A stretch of 54,674 nt of DNA, counting the filler, from Sphacelaria rigidula (Eukaryota): NCBI GenBank assembly GCA_964200075.2. It is 4 parts of 4 records of this genome, joined end to end, with 100 filler letters (N's around TTAATTAATTAA, not from the genome) between each part and the next. Parts side by side here need not be neighbours in the genome. Positions count along the whole stretch, not along the records: positions 1 to 13,595 come from CAXNAA020002780.1; 3 more parts are not named here. One strand, written 5' to 3'. The position numbers and the translations under genes are program-made. This document shows, in pieces, positions 1 through 13,000 of the stretch. Below the pieces are notes generated by a model. It searched no databases. It was not told the origin of the DNA and saw nothing but the letters and a program-made list of their open reading frames with translations. Within the stretch, counting starts at the first letter, position 1. Every line of letters begins with the position of its first letter.

Positions 1-504
1 CACTTCCCGAGACAGCCACAGCTTATACACTACCTCATGGGTGTCTCACCATACGTCCCGACCTTGTAGGAAGACGAGGTCAATGGTCTGATGACTATGG
101 CATGCATGATCATGAGGACACCCCCCGGGGGGAGCGGGGGAGGGAAAACCGCAAGAATCACCCATTCAAACCAGTGTGACTCCTCACGGTCCGACCGTTG
201 GCTCCCATCTGGAGATGGCACTGAGCGTAATCGACCAACCTCCACACGAAGCCAAGCCGACGTGCGAGTACCACCTCCCTCCCTCATGTTTCCAAAGCCA
301 CACGATGCAATCCACCCGTTGGGGAATGACCTTTCATCTGAACATGACCGAACCACGCTTCCGTGATTCAGCTCATCTTTTACCGTATATTTTTGTACCC
401 TTCTTTCATCGCCACTTCTGACATACCGATGTATATTTCATGTTCATTTGCGCACACACCACATACTTCGGCGTCATGAGTCCCCCCCCCCCCGGATACT
501 GTCA

Positions 505-1345
505 CTACTTACCCCTCCACTCAATGCCCTGCTCAGGCTGCTGATCCCCACTCCTACGCTTATTGTCAGTGACTTCCGACACTAAACTACAACTGGCATT
601 GTTAGCCCGGATGTGGGACTTGTATGTGTCCGATTTCCATCTACCCTCTTTCTGCAACTCCTCTGGGGACGCTACTGCTGCGGACAAGTGAGGGGCGCCA
701 CCAATCCGCACAGAGTCCGACGCGAACTCTGCGGGCGGGAGCCCAGCCATCTCCACGTCTTGCCGTAGCGTACGCATCATACCGGTTCCATACTCATGAG
801 TCCCCGGTGTCCCGCACACCATGCGTCATAAGCGGGGCATCAACGTGGTGCGATTCAGTAAGAGACATTAGCTCAATCATGAGCGCGACCGCTCCACCCC
901 CTTCTTGAAATGCCAACGCAGGACCCATGCGAACACGCGTCACGATCACTCCGACTCGTCAATGATCTCCTTTGGAGACCCGGAAGCGCACTTCCACCCG
1001 GTCTGCTGTACCCCACTCATGCCGACGCAACTGCATCCGTCTCTGATGAAATGCCGCATCACTTCTACGCAAACAGTAAATGGGATGCTAAGAATGAACG
1101 GAATCCGCAAGCATCTCGGAAGATCTCGTCAAAAAAAAAAAGGAGCACACAAGCCCAGCCACAGCACGCGGCCACCTGGGCCCCACCCAGGCGACAGACT
1201 TTCTCCATCCACAAGCACTGACAACGCCACCGGGCGTCGTACTCGTCGCTGTGTTGTCATCGCAGCGTGACCACGCTTCAATCCCATCAACGCATTTTTA
1301 ATCATCGAATGTTGAATGTCCAAGTCGACGCCCCTCTCTGTTCGA
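505..1345 (-). pseudogene. Tyrosine recombinase (phage-integrase fold) of the YR retroelement, frameshifted
   Basis: ORF 505..822 contains FASDSVRIGGAPHL...GRWKSDTYKSHIR, a degenerate HSLRIGGA...GRWxSxxYxxYIR motif. ORF 1129..1365 contains FHR...LMGLKR...LWLGLCAPFFF and continues in another frame as TRSSEM (first catalytic Arg box). Confidence 0.85.
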
Positions 1346-2060
1346 TGGAAATCAGGATTGGACAAACTCTAGAGTGGTGGCGAGCGAAACAAATTCGGAC
1401 AATCTTCGACAAACTTGAGAAATTACGGATTCTGCATACTTCTGTCGCTGACTACTGTAGCACATGCACCAACATATCAATGTGAGGAAAACCTTGAGGT
1501 CACCGATCCACTGACGATTACTTTGAGTATCTTCTTGCGATCGGAACAACTCTCGCCGTACTTGGTCGACGAAAACTTCAGCATCGCCGTCACATGCATG
1601 CAGCATTGCTGAGGGTACATCCGCAATGCGGGTGAGGTGCGCTACTGCCTGCATCCCAGGCAAGTTACCTAATTTCTTCATCGAATTTCTCCACTACCCG
1701 CGGCAACGTCGAAAATCATCATTGTCACACACGTCCAACATTCCAGAATCGAGGTGCGCTAAGGAACCTGGCACCAGCATCTCACTATCGCATCCGTCTT
1801 GCTGCCGTCCCAGGGCGCAACGTACCGCAACCCCATCCTATCCTGGCATGTGCGCATTCCGATGCTTAAATCCTGGGCTGCCCCCGCCGTGAGGCGAAGC
1901 CCGTCCGCCTAGCCCGATCTTCCTACTCGCGCCGCCATACCAGTGCCGCCGCTTGAACCCTAGTCCCCGCTAGCAGCGCCCCCGCCGTCACTTCCACCAC
2001 CTTGATCCGAAAACCGCACTCACGGCCCCAACGTCTGCAAGTGAGCAGGGGACGCCGTCG

Positions 2061-4032
2061 TTACCGGGAACCGGGACCCCGGCGTCGGGTGTGCGCTTGA
2101 CCGGCCGGCACCGCTGCCGCTACCCCCGCTGGCGGTGCTCGAGTTGCTATTCCCTCTCCTTTGTTGCACATCGTGGCTGAACCGGCATTTTTCACCCACC
2201 GACAGTGACCGAAGTCGAAAAAAATGAAGCACGGCTGGCTTCGTCGCACTCGTTTGGCCGCCGATTGCCCGCTGTCTCTAGAAGCGGTGTCCCCAGTCCC
2301 TGCTCCACCGCTGCCGGCGCCTGAGCCATTCCCCACCCCACTCCCAGCAATGGTACTTCCCGTCCCCACCCCTTCCGACGCGTCAACATACCCCACTCTC
2401 ATCATTCTCACGGCGTCGCCCCCGTCTCGATGAACGAGCGTAGTTGAGGAAAGGCAGGACAGGCGGAAATGGTAGAACGCCAACAGTCAGTGGCGGGGAA
2501 CGATTCTGGGCGAACAACTGCTGCGACCACTGCGCCAGGGCATCAGACCACTTGCCAAGTTCAGAGAATATGATGTCGACCGTGGTATCGGTAGCCGCGC
2601 GCTGGGTCATAATAGAGAAATGAGCATTGGTGTGCGACCGAAGCTCGGTGGTCATCTCCGCAAAGTTCTCCTGAAACGCCTCCGTGCGGCCGGCGCACAT
2701 CACTTCCTCTCCCCTAGACGGTGCTCCCAGACGCCACATTTGAAGAGACATGTATCATGGCGCCGAGAACCCCCTGCAGCTCACCTGGACTAAATGATTG
2801 TGCCGGCGGGTTGTCGGGTAGAAGCCACCACCTGCGTGACGCATCATCTTGCTAGCGCTGCACACAATCTCGCACTTCATGCTGGCGACGTTGCTCCGTC
2901 TCCGCCGATATTGCGCCGCAAGCGCCTGCGTCATGATATATGTCTCTCCGAAGGTGGCGAACATGTTCCACACGCCCTCATCACTCGACGTTGCAACAAT
3001 CATACCGCGCGGCGCCTCGGGTCCCGCGCCGGATAGGTTCGATGTCTGTGGGTTGATATTGTCCTACCGAGCAGCGCGCGCGCGGGGGGGGGTGTACTCA
3101 TGATCATGCTTGCCATAGTCATCAGACCATTGACCTCGCATCCCTACGGGGGGGGGGGGGGGGGGGGGCCGCCGTACCGGGGTTGGGGGGGGGGGATCCA
3201 TTCCCCCTACGCTCTTAGGNNNNNNNNNNCTCCCTCCCCTCCCCCCGCCCCCCCCCCCGCGCCTGGCGCCGGGGGGCCGCGCGGGGGGGGGGGGGGGGGG
3301 GGGGGGGGGGGTGCGGCCGCTGTACCGAGGTTGAGGGTGCGTGATCCATTCCATCTAGCATCTGCAGGTTCCCCGCGCGACCCAGCTGGTGCACCCGACG
3401 ACTCTGAGCGCACCACCGGTACACCTGACCACACCACCGCCGGACGGCTTGGCGACCTCAGGAAAACATTACCAGAGACGCTACTGAGCGGCCGAGCTGC
3501 CTCTGTAACAGTAAGGAGTCCTGACCGCCGCGTTGGGCAAATTGCCGTCATCGGAGCGGCTGAAGAAGGCAGCACCTGGTGTAAACGAGCCACCGCGTGA
3601 CGGTGCAGGTCTGGCCCCTGATGATATGAGCTGATGTACCACCTCCCTCAACCGATGAAACTCGTCTGCAGTCGAGATGATGTGGGAAACGAAAACTTCC
3701 ACGCCCGCCTTGGTGTCGTCCAGGTTGGTGGCGATATTCTCTACGCGGTTGATGATGCGGTCCAGGTTTTCGGTAAGGTCCCAGACGTGGTTATCGAGCG
3801 TATCGATTTGGTACACAGTAGCGCGCGGCAGACCCACTGCCAACCCGCCTTCGGGGGGACTCGGCACGAGCCACCCCGACTGCGCAGGACCGCCGCTGTC
3901 TGAAGCACCGCTGGTAGCAGACGCGGTGGGGGACGGCTCCTGCTGGTTGGCGTGCTGATCGCGCCCACCAGCCTTGCGTTTGCCCTTGCCGCCTGTCTTC
4001 GCCGCGTGGGGAGACGGATGTCCTGACGACAT
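2061..4032 (-). pseudogene. Gag-like ORF1 of the YR retroelement with a CCCH zinc finger, disrupted
   Basis: Collinear minus-strand ORF pieces 3481..4032 (coiled-coil-like), 3207..3593, 2755..3003, 2383..2751 and 2061..2483. QPCFIFFDFGHCRW joins GEKCRFSHD across a frameshift to give C-x7-C-x5-C-x3-H. Interrupted at ~3085-3310 by a repeat, homopolymers and an N gap. Confidence 0.55.
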
Positions 4033-4829
4033 GTTGGGTTGGAAGCAACTCCGCCAAATAAAAAATATGCATGAATGAAGACACTCAGGACCAAACGAAC
4101 TTCAGCGATTCGAGGTGCTGTCACTCACTGATAGTCGCGTTGCCCGTCTCCCGCAACTCACACACCTCGAGCTTACTTCACATTCCGCTACTGTCGCTGA
4201 ATCGTGGTTGCACTTGCTCTTGTACCTTGGCTGCTTGTTACACGCTAAGACCTTCCAACTGACTCACCCACATCGATCAGATCCCATCTGTTCCGAAAAA
4301 GCTTCAAGATACGTCAACCGCAATCAAGATCTGGAAAATTCTATCCGCTTCTACACGAAAGGCTGATTATTCTCAAACACAGAATCGAAGCTTCTGGCGC
4401 GGTCAACCCATTGTCGACCACAGTGTTGCGCCTGGTTTAGTGCAACGTTTTTCACCATCCCTCCAAACCAATATACGATGGGCTCAGTAGACTCGATGGA
4501 GCTTGGAGCCATGATCATGCTGGCCTTCAACTGTTTTCGTGCCCATGGCTACCTCCTCCAACGAATCTGCACACAAAGTGACGATCAAGATTTACCAACA
4601 GTTAGTTGGCAAAATCGGTAATAATATGGTACGAACACAAATGTCATTTTCAATCCTGGAAGCCAGACGCGCGATCGCACAAACCTCTCGCTGTAGCTTT
4701 TAACATATATGCTTTCACTTCACATCGCAGTAGGGAATGTTCCCAGCTGTAGTTCAAGTCCAAGAATGTGCTCCAAGACCTACAAGAAGTTATGATTATT
4801 ACTCCTCATGGTTTCAGATTTACTCTACG

Positions 4830-7130
4830 TAGCCCTTTCATTCCGGGCTACGGTGGCGGAGGCCCTGGTTAATGTCAAACTGCTCGGACGCTTCTCCGCT
4901 GTCAAGGCGTTCTCACGCCCGCATGCCGTCGTGGAAATGGCTGGTAATGAGAATCGTGTTGGCGGGGATACCGTATCGTGCCAGCACGTTCCAGAGAAGA
5001 AAGCGACCGACTGAGTCGTACGCCTGTTGGAGGTCGATGAAGCACATGTACAGTGGAAGGTTCTTCTCTCTGACCAGTTCTTGGGAGTCTGCGTACAACG
5101 TACATGATGTCGACTGTCGACCGACCGGGTCGGAAGCCGCATTGAGCGTCTGGGAAGATTCCCTTCCACTCGCAGTAGGAGCTGAGGCGAGTCGCATCTA
5201 TCTTGATATCTACCTCGCCCGCGTGAGACTTTGGGGAAAAACCGTGATAGTTCCCACATCCCTGCGGGTCCTGTTTGTTGAACACCACCCTGATGGTGGT
5301 GTATTTATGTTCCTGCGGCACTACTTGGTGACGCCACACTGTGAGCACGATGTTGTGGAGGTGCTAAGGATCGTAGAGTTGTCGGTTTGACCGAGCTTCA
5401 TTAGCTCGTCACAGATGTTTTCAGTTCCAACGGCCTTGCCGTTCAGCCCACTGCTTCCTTCAAGTCTTTCATCGAGGGCTCAACCGCGAGCGGTGCGTGC
5501 TCCGGCATCTGTTCGATGAAGTCGATGACAGAGTGGTCGATCGTAAGCGATGTTGCGTTCAGAAGCGTTTCAAACGACTCTTTCAACCGTTGCAAGGTAG
5601 CTTTCTTGTGCCGCAACAAGTCGCCGGTCGCGCGCCTGATGAACGTCGAGCCGCACCCCTTCTTTCCTTCCAGTTGCAAGGACTTGATGCGTCGGTACAG
5701 CCCTGCTGGGTCCTTCTTGCGAGCAAAATTTGCTGTCCGGACGGTGAACTCGTAAACAAGTTGTGCAGTTCAGCGCCCTTCACCCGCTTGAACGCTTCGT
5801 CTGTCACCTTCAGCGCCATTTTCAGGCCAGGTTCTTCGTGTCTGGGGCTTATTTTCCCCCATACACGTTCCCCGGGATTCCACGCCTTTCGGAGGCAATC
5901 CTGAGCCTGTGGCGACTCATTAAAACCTATAAATGCCGAGTTCTTTGGGCAGCGAGGGAATGTATCCGCGGTCGTCTATCGCAAGGCGTTGGCGAAGGTA
6001 GATGCCACGTCGTTGACGTCCAGGACTGCGGTGGAGTTAGTGGCATGCGCGAGCGTGGCGACAATGGCCTGCGAAACAATCGCTCTCTAACGTCGGTCGG
6101 GTGTGGGAAATTTCCGATGGAAACGCACTCTGCTGTCTTCACCTGTCGCTTGTGGTCGGCGGTTGGGTGCGCGCTGTCCGAGGAAACGGATCTTGGACGA
6201 TGGTCCGATATCATCTCCGGGTGCACGGAGACGTTTGCAAGGGTCGGACGAATTGATAACTCGTCTGGAAATTACTTGATTTTAGTGTAATCGATTCGTA
6301 CCGTACGAATCAATCCTTCGGCTTCGTTTTCATGTTGCAAGCCAGGTATGCGTAGCCCAGGCACGCGGAATGGCGCAAATTCCCGTGGAGACTTGTTTGA
6401 CCAGTGGTCGACTTTCTTCTCTCTTTCAAGCAATCAGGCGTAAAAAATCGTGGATTTGCTTATTCGAACCGGCGATGATTCGTCCGAACCGTGGACATTT
6501 CGGACGAGTGTTCGGTTTTGCTGACGTACTAGGATGTAGTCGAGGGGCCAGCGCTATCCAACCTTCGGCCCCTCATACGTGCATGCGGTCGAGCTTTCTC
6601 TGCTAGTTGGCATGCCAAAAATTGTGTTGGTGATCGCCATTCTACGTTCCGTGAGCGCACTCCAGCAGACGTCTGTCGCTGTCGTAGGAAGCGTCTTTGC
6701 TATACTTTCCAAGTATCTGATCGTCTTCTAGGCCTCATCTTTTTCTCTTTCCGGTGTGACCGTCGGCATCCATCGTCAGTTTCAGGTGCTCGTTGGTGGG
6801 CACCTCAGCGATGTAATTGTTGAGTGTCTTCCAGCAGTTTTTTTTTAGAGCTGCGTGCTGCCTTCGTTGGAGCATACCCTACGATGAAGGTCGTGGCAAC
6901 TTCATTTCTGACAGCTACTTGCACCTCAAGCATCCTCGCACTCACGTGTTCGGGGACGACGAGAAAGCGATGAGCAAGCCATCGTCCTCGTGCTCAACGA
7001 AAGCAATCGAAACTGAACAACTGAGGGGACTGGGGGCAGGGAAGCTCGGAAGAGAGGTCTGAGCCGGAGTCCCTTTGTTTCGATGCCTCAAAGTCTGAAA
7101 GCGTGTCCATGAATAATGCATCCCGAAAAA
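4830..7130 (-). mobile_element. Decayed non-LTR retrotransposon (LINE, RTE-like APE-RT), 3'-truncated
   Basis: RT motifs CGNYHGFS..HAG, AQCGFRPGRSTVDIMYVVRRL and LYMCFIDLQQAYDSV..LLWNVLARYGIP (ORFs 4902..5348 and 4913..5197). Endonuclease motifs read by hand on the minus strand: FIVGYAPT (~6870-6900), MDADGHTG (~6750-6775) and PLDYILVR (~6520-6548). Multiple frameshifts. Confidence 0.9.
6241..6316. repeat. ~76-bp short interspersed element inserted in the LINE
   Basis: Its reverse complement matches 41102-41177, with shared core ACTAAAATCAAGTAATTTCCAGACGA...GTCCGACCC. Confidence 0.7.
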
Positions 7131-7243
7131 TTAGGAGCGAAAGAGCGCTGCGGCTTGTGTACCCAACCGCACAGGGAAACCTAAGGTAGAGCGCGTGTCG
7201 TGTACTTGAACAGTCAATGTAATAATGTCTGTTACCTGTGTGG

Positions 7244-7314
7244 ATCCCTCGAGACCACGGACTCGTCCCGAGGAAGAGCAGGGGTTCAAAGTGCGAGAAA
7301 TTAAAAAAAAAAAA
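7244..7314 (+). repeat. Retroposon 3' tail (family B) with A-rich end
   Basis: GAGACCACGGACTCGTCCCGAGGAAG...TTCAAAGTGC+A-run, shared with ~8700-8750 (+) and ~39056-39125 (-). Confidence 0.7.
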
Positions 7315-8589
7315 CGACGAGAGTTGCAACCCGCACGGCACACATGGCAATATATATATATATATATATATAGCCACAGTACAACTCTGGTGGGTATGTT
7401 GTGCCGGGGTCACCGGCCCGAGAAAGGTCCCCCGATGACATGGTTCCGAAGGAGGGTCTTGAGACCAGGGGATTGCTTCGTGTACTACAGACAGTACAAG
7501 ACACCTGGTGGATGTGTGGGACTCGTGCATGCGGAGACCACCGACTCAGGCTCGGTTGCTTGCTCTAGAGCTTGAAGGATCATCGCCTCCATGGGCTCCA
7601 CACGATGCCCTAGTTCCCAAGTCAGTGGCCATGAGTGCGAGCCCACCTCAGTCACTGATCGAGAGGCGAATGGTCGTAAAGTTCACGTAACAGGATGCGT
7701 CTTTGGTCTTGTGGACTGGCGCCTCAACAGCCATTCCTCCCACATTTTTTCGTTGTATGCGGTAGGGACAATCATCCGCTCCCGTTGCTGATTTCCTGGG
7801 GAGTGTGCCCGCTGCGTGAGAATGGTGCAATCAAACAGGTGCAGCAAACGCTTGAGCACGAAAAATCTCGCCGCATTTTGAGAGCTGCTTCCGCACTCAT
7901 ATTGTTGTAATTTCGCCCTGTACTTTCGTACTCATACTGTCATAGTTTCGCCCTGTACTTGACCGAGAGTAACATGGCTACGCGACGATTTCTCTTTTAC
8001 GAAGAGCCTTGAGTAGATCCAGAGTTGTCAGAGCTTATGCACGGAGATGTCTCGATCACAGGGATGTGTTTACTTTGCTATATCTCGCCGCTGTTCTTGA
8101 GATGTGTTCGTTGCAAGTTTTTTTGTGGCCTTAGTCGACCCATGATCGAGCTCCTGCAGCAGCAGTGGAATACAGCGCAACAGTACAACAGTGCAGCAGA
8201 AGTGAGGATCGTGAAGAGTACAATTCGGCAGTACACTAGACACATGTACAGTACAGTCAGTACAGTGTGGCGGAGCGCAGAGTACAGATCCCGGCACGGT
8301 GGTGTCGGTGCAGCCCATTCAGGCTTACGAAAGATATCTTATAACAGCAAATGGATGCCCACTTAGTACTTTTATTATCATTTTATTTTTTCGTCACACC
8401 TTCAATCCCTCACCTTTCTGGGGATTCATCATTCCCGCACCGTGTTGAATCTCGTTTAAGTCTATTAGTTGTTTCCGCTCACGTCCTCACATCTTCAACG
8501 TCAAAGCTTGGCCACTGCTCTGAAAAAAATACCAACGTACATATCCCGGGAGTCGAACCGTCATTCTTACAACCCAAGGAGACGAAGAG

Positions 8590-8752
8590 CTTGGTTGACG
8601 AGAGTTGACGTGGTGCGGAAGTGCTAATAGTCATGATCCAATCCGCGAGACCAAAATGCAAGGCGTGCACCGGGGGGGGGGGGAGATAGGTTGATGCCTT
8701 GAGACCACGGATTCGTCCTGAGGAAGGGGAGGGGTTACACGTGTGATGAAAA
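8590..8752 (+). mobile_element. SINE family B fragment (3' half)
   Basis: Matches the reverse complement of ~39060-39225 (CCAATCCGCGAGACCAA..TGCAAGGCGTG..GACCACGGA.TCGTCCTGAGGAAGGGGA). Confidence 0.7.
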
Positions 8753-9834
8753 CAAAGCTGACCTTCGGTCGGTTGTAACATTAAACCACCTGAGCCGTAG
8801 GCGACGAATACGCTTCCCAGCACCGTATGGACCGTGCTATGTGCTATGAGCTATGTCGGCACAGCACCGTGCAGAAAAGTATAGTATGGTACATGTACTG
8901 TGCAGAATCGCGCGGATACCGCTGTTTGCTGTCGGGTTGTGCAGTACGCTAAAGTGCTGGGCAATAGTAGTGTTTTGAACAGCTGGAATGACTCGAGTAA
9001 CTGCGAGTTGAGCCCAAACGCTCTTGACTTGTGAGGCCGTTTCAGGCCCGTGTACCTTGTTGACCTCTCACGAACACGCAGTCCATATGCTTGTACGGAA
9101 CCTGCCAACGGGAGTTGGGGCTCGGTGTCATGCCCATCACATACCCCCCGAATATCCTCTAGCTTCCACTTTCAAATACGACTCGAGCTGTGCGAGTTTT
9201 TGAGAAAAGTAGAGGATGAGACTTGACGCCAGCTTGAACAAGTGTGGATGAGTCTGACTCGAGTCCTGTAAGCCCTTCCGGAAGAATGAGGGCGAGTCAG
9301 ACTCGAGTCCTACGAGTCATGGCAAGGAATGAGGATGTGGCAAGACTTGGGTCCTGCGAGTCATTCTGGAGAATGTAGACCAGTCAGGCTTCTGAAGCCT
9401 AGAAGTAATCAAACGCGTGATGACTTGAAGGGCTTGACTCTCACAAGTCATGAAAAACGTCGACGACTCTACACCTACTCAGCTGGATTTACTAGTGCTG
9501 TCACCTGCGATAAAACGAAGATGGCTTGGCAAAAGGGGTAGTGTCGGCGATGCTTTTAGTTTCGTCGCGGGTGCAAAAATAAGACCGCTTCTTGTGCTAC
9601 GAAAAATATATGTATATCTTCAGAAAAGTGCCTATTTTGGCGATTCGGGGCCGATGTTCGCCGCAATACAGGATTCTCAGCATATTATAACAGGCCCGAA
9701 ATATGTTGTGCACTCTCCGAGAGACAACGCCGTCTGGGTGATGTCAAGGCAGGTGTTGATGGATGTGTAAGTGTGGTTACGCAACAGACCGGAAGCGCTT
9801 GCTTGCGGCCGTGAGTGGTATACGGGAAGTCATG

Positions 9835-9880
9835 GTTGTTGTTGTTGTTGTTTTTGTTGTTGTTTTTGTTGTTGTTGTTG
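9835..9880 (+). repeat. (GTT)n microsatellite, imperfect
   Basis: Direct reading. Confidence 0.85.
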
Positions 9881-10004
9881 GTTTTGTTGCATCATGTTTT
9901 TTTTCTTTATTTCATGTTCGGTTGTGTCTCAGTTGTTCACGTTGCCACTTTTTAATTTTCAATTTTGCTCTTCTGTTTTCTTCCATTACGGCGGACCGTG
10001 ACAG

Positions 10005-13000
10005 GGCTTTTACGCGAAGCCAATGTTCAAGGACGACAACTCTACCGACATCATGAAATGGGAATGCGGTCTTCCTGGGCCGGTGAGATTTTTCTCTCTC
10101 CTACACTTGTTCTCGAAACCGTGTGTATTATTGTTCGCGTAGTGCACTGCTATTGTTTGGGATTGGGATCGTCCAGACCGACTAGATGAGTATAGGTCAG
10201 CAATAAGATTTGTGCAGAATTTGAGCGCTGTGAGTCAATGAAAGTATTTGCTGAATTCTGAATTGGATTTGCTCGGATTGTTTCCATAGAGGTAGACTTG
10301 TCTATTTCGTGCAAATCTTGATTAGATTTCAGCTTTGCGTATTGTTACCATTCAAAATCCGTTCGATTTTGCGATTGGATCGCTCTGACCGGTGAGACTA
10401 AAGGAACGCTATTATGAACCTACTCGGAATCTAGGCTGAACAGTATCGTTTTCCAGATTTGAGTCCCTTTCTGTACTGAATCAGGATCTGAGTTGGTCAA
10501 ACGCATCGTCTTCGGTTCCGCTATTTTTATTGTCGGCTTTTTGTCGTTTTTATAGTATTTTTTCTCTTATCTGCTGCAGATGGTGTGTTGTAGCGGCACA
10601 TGGACCCTGTGACGGTCAATTGCAAATGCGTTGAGTGTTCACGATATTTTCTGTTGTCTGCCAGATCTTCATGCATGAGTCCCGCGCTATATCACGATTG
10701 CAAACAATGAATCACGACCCATGTACACCTTTGCGCACGGTGTTCGCTACACCATATATTGTCCAAGGTGTGAAAACTTGCGAGGAATAACCCGAATATG
10801 TCGTGATTGAAACCCTCAGCCTTCTGTCCGGAACGGTTTTGAAGTTTTGAGTTGTGTAGAAGCACCAAGATCACCAGAGCGAGCGCGGCGATTAGAGTGA
10901 CCGCAGGTCTTGACGGTGGTGCTGGTCTTGTGTTGGATATGCGCAGGAGGACACAGATTGGGCGGGAGGCTTGTACAAGGTTACAATGGAATTCACCGAG
11001 GATTACCCCTCCAAGGTGAGATTCTTCGGTATGCAGGAGGATTTAGTTCTTCTTCCTCTTCTTCTTCTGCTGCTGCTGCTGCTGCTGCTCTTGCTGTTGT
11101 TGTCCCATTAAACCTTTGAGAACCCATTGCCGATTTTTGTTTTCGTGAATCGGCATCATTTTGACGATTAACAAGAATGACTGAAAATGATGCCGATTAA
11201 CAAGAATACAAATCGTCAATGCTTTCAAAAGGGTTGAGGAGAATCCCAAGAGGCGTCGAAGACAACAAATTGAAGTGAGAAACATCCTTTGTATATCCAG
11301 TTCATCCCATGGTCAGCCACGGGCATTACCCCTCGTGTCCGCGCGCACTCATACAGGTATAGGTGTGTCTGGCTCTCGTAGCCTTGTCTTTCACCATTCT
11401 GATCCCAAAAAATACGTGCATATGTGTAAATATATATATATATATATATAGAATTTGGTCCAAAATTCAAACCAATCATTCATCAAGCAACCGAAAACAG
11501 TGACATTGAAAGTGTAAAGTGGAATTCATTAATGTCTAGCCAAATCGACTTGGGTTGTGTTTCCCTATTCGACTGAGCTCTTGGACGATCCCCTGACCTT
11601 ATCCTGATTTTCAATTTTCCCCGCCCCCTTTCCCCTCATCATTTTCCCTGTCGTTTACTCTCTGTCCATTTGCGTTCCCCCCCTTGTTGTCGGCTCCTCA
11701 TGGCTTCTCAGCCCCCAAAGTGCAAGTTCGTCCCGCCGCTGTTCCATCCCAATGTTTATCCTTCGGGCACCATCTGTCTCAGGTATATACATGCAACCAA
11801 GGCCAACCATGCCGTTGGTCACGAATCGTACTTCCTTCACATTGTATACCACCCGACGCACGTCCACACATACGCAGAATAACACTCCATGCGATGATTT
11901 TCGTCTTTTTCTGGCACCATCCCGGTATCGCCAGTACTGTACAGCAGGGGTCCCAGCAGAGTGCGATGAGTGGCCACCCTGGTATGACCGCACTATGCGG
12001 GGACCACGCGCTATACTGGCATGATGGGTATACTTACTTGATATTAGTATAGCAGAGCAGAATTGTGACTAAAGCGATTTTGACGGCACTGTAGAGGGAC
12101 CCCGCACGTTTGGGGATTCCACTGTGGGGGGACCCCGACTGTGCCGATATACGTTGTATATCGCCCTGTTCTGAATACTACCCCGGGAGATGGCTTTTCG
12201 AGCCCCACAAAAGTATTCTTTGGGGATGCTATGTACCGTGTTTTTACAACGAGTTCTAGGATGGTGTTGGGCGTTGCCAGCTCGTCATGTATTGTATGTA
12301 TTGTACGTATGTATGTATGTATGTATGTATGTATGTATGTATGTATGTATGTATGTATGTATGTATGTGTGGTGCCGTTCGAGTAACAAGTAAATGTTGC
12401 AACGCTCAATAGTGGGTCTGAGTAGTCCGCGTACGAGAAGTAAAAATGCCGAATGAAGATATATTGCCGTCGAGGTATGTGAATTGTTAGGCAAGTCGTA
12501 TCAACAGTCGTCCCTTTCTATCTCTCTTTCGTGTTTTTTTTTTAACCTTTTCAACTTTTTTTGCGACTGTTTGACACTCACCCTGGACAAAATAATGTGA
12601 TCAAAAATTGAAGAGAAAAATGTGCTGTCTATTATAGGCTTGTTGTAATTATAGTTGGACGAGCCGACAAGAGCTGCAACAGGCGTATATTTCACGCAGT
12701 ACAATTTACTCCAGTTGCAACCATTGGCCACATTTTGTCAAGGCAGGGTGTGGACTGTTTCCTAGTTTTTTTTTTTTCGGGAGATGGGTTGGTGGGGATC
12801 TCTTACAGAGTTCCCCAATATATCGGCATCGATCCCGTCGTGTGATTCAAAGTCGTCTCTTTCGTTTGATTTATTTTCTTACTGTCAAAAAAGTTGTTTT
12901 TCGTGGTTCCCCCCCTTTTTCCCGCAGTATTCTTGACGAAGACGAGGGGTGGAGACCCGCGATCACTATTAAGCAGATGCTTATGGGCATCCACGACCTC

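Larger units (their letters stand above)
1..4100 (-). mobile_element. Decayed tyrosine-recombinase retrotransposon (DIRS/Ngaro-like), internally deleted
   Basis: The minus strand carries a gag-like ORF1 with a frameshifted CCCH zinc finger (~2170-2240), then tyrosine recombinase remnants (505-1345). A terminal-type repeat ends in a C-run at ~66-127. No RT or RNase H motifs are visible. Boundaries are approximate. Confidence 0.75.

Noticed and set aside
66..3148. 66-116 and 3097-3148 as DIRS inverted terminal repeats
   Set aside because: ORF1 appears to continue beyond 3310 to 4032, so the second copy looks like an internal insertion. It also borders an N gap and unreliable homopolymers.
3064..3600. 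Poly-Pro/poly-Gly ORFs
   Set aside because: They are translations of G/C homopolymers around a 10-N gap.
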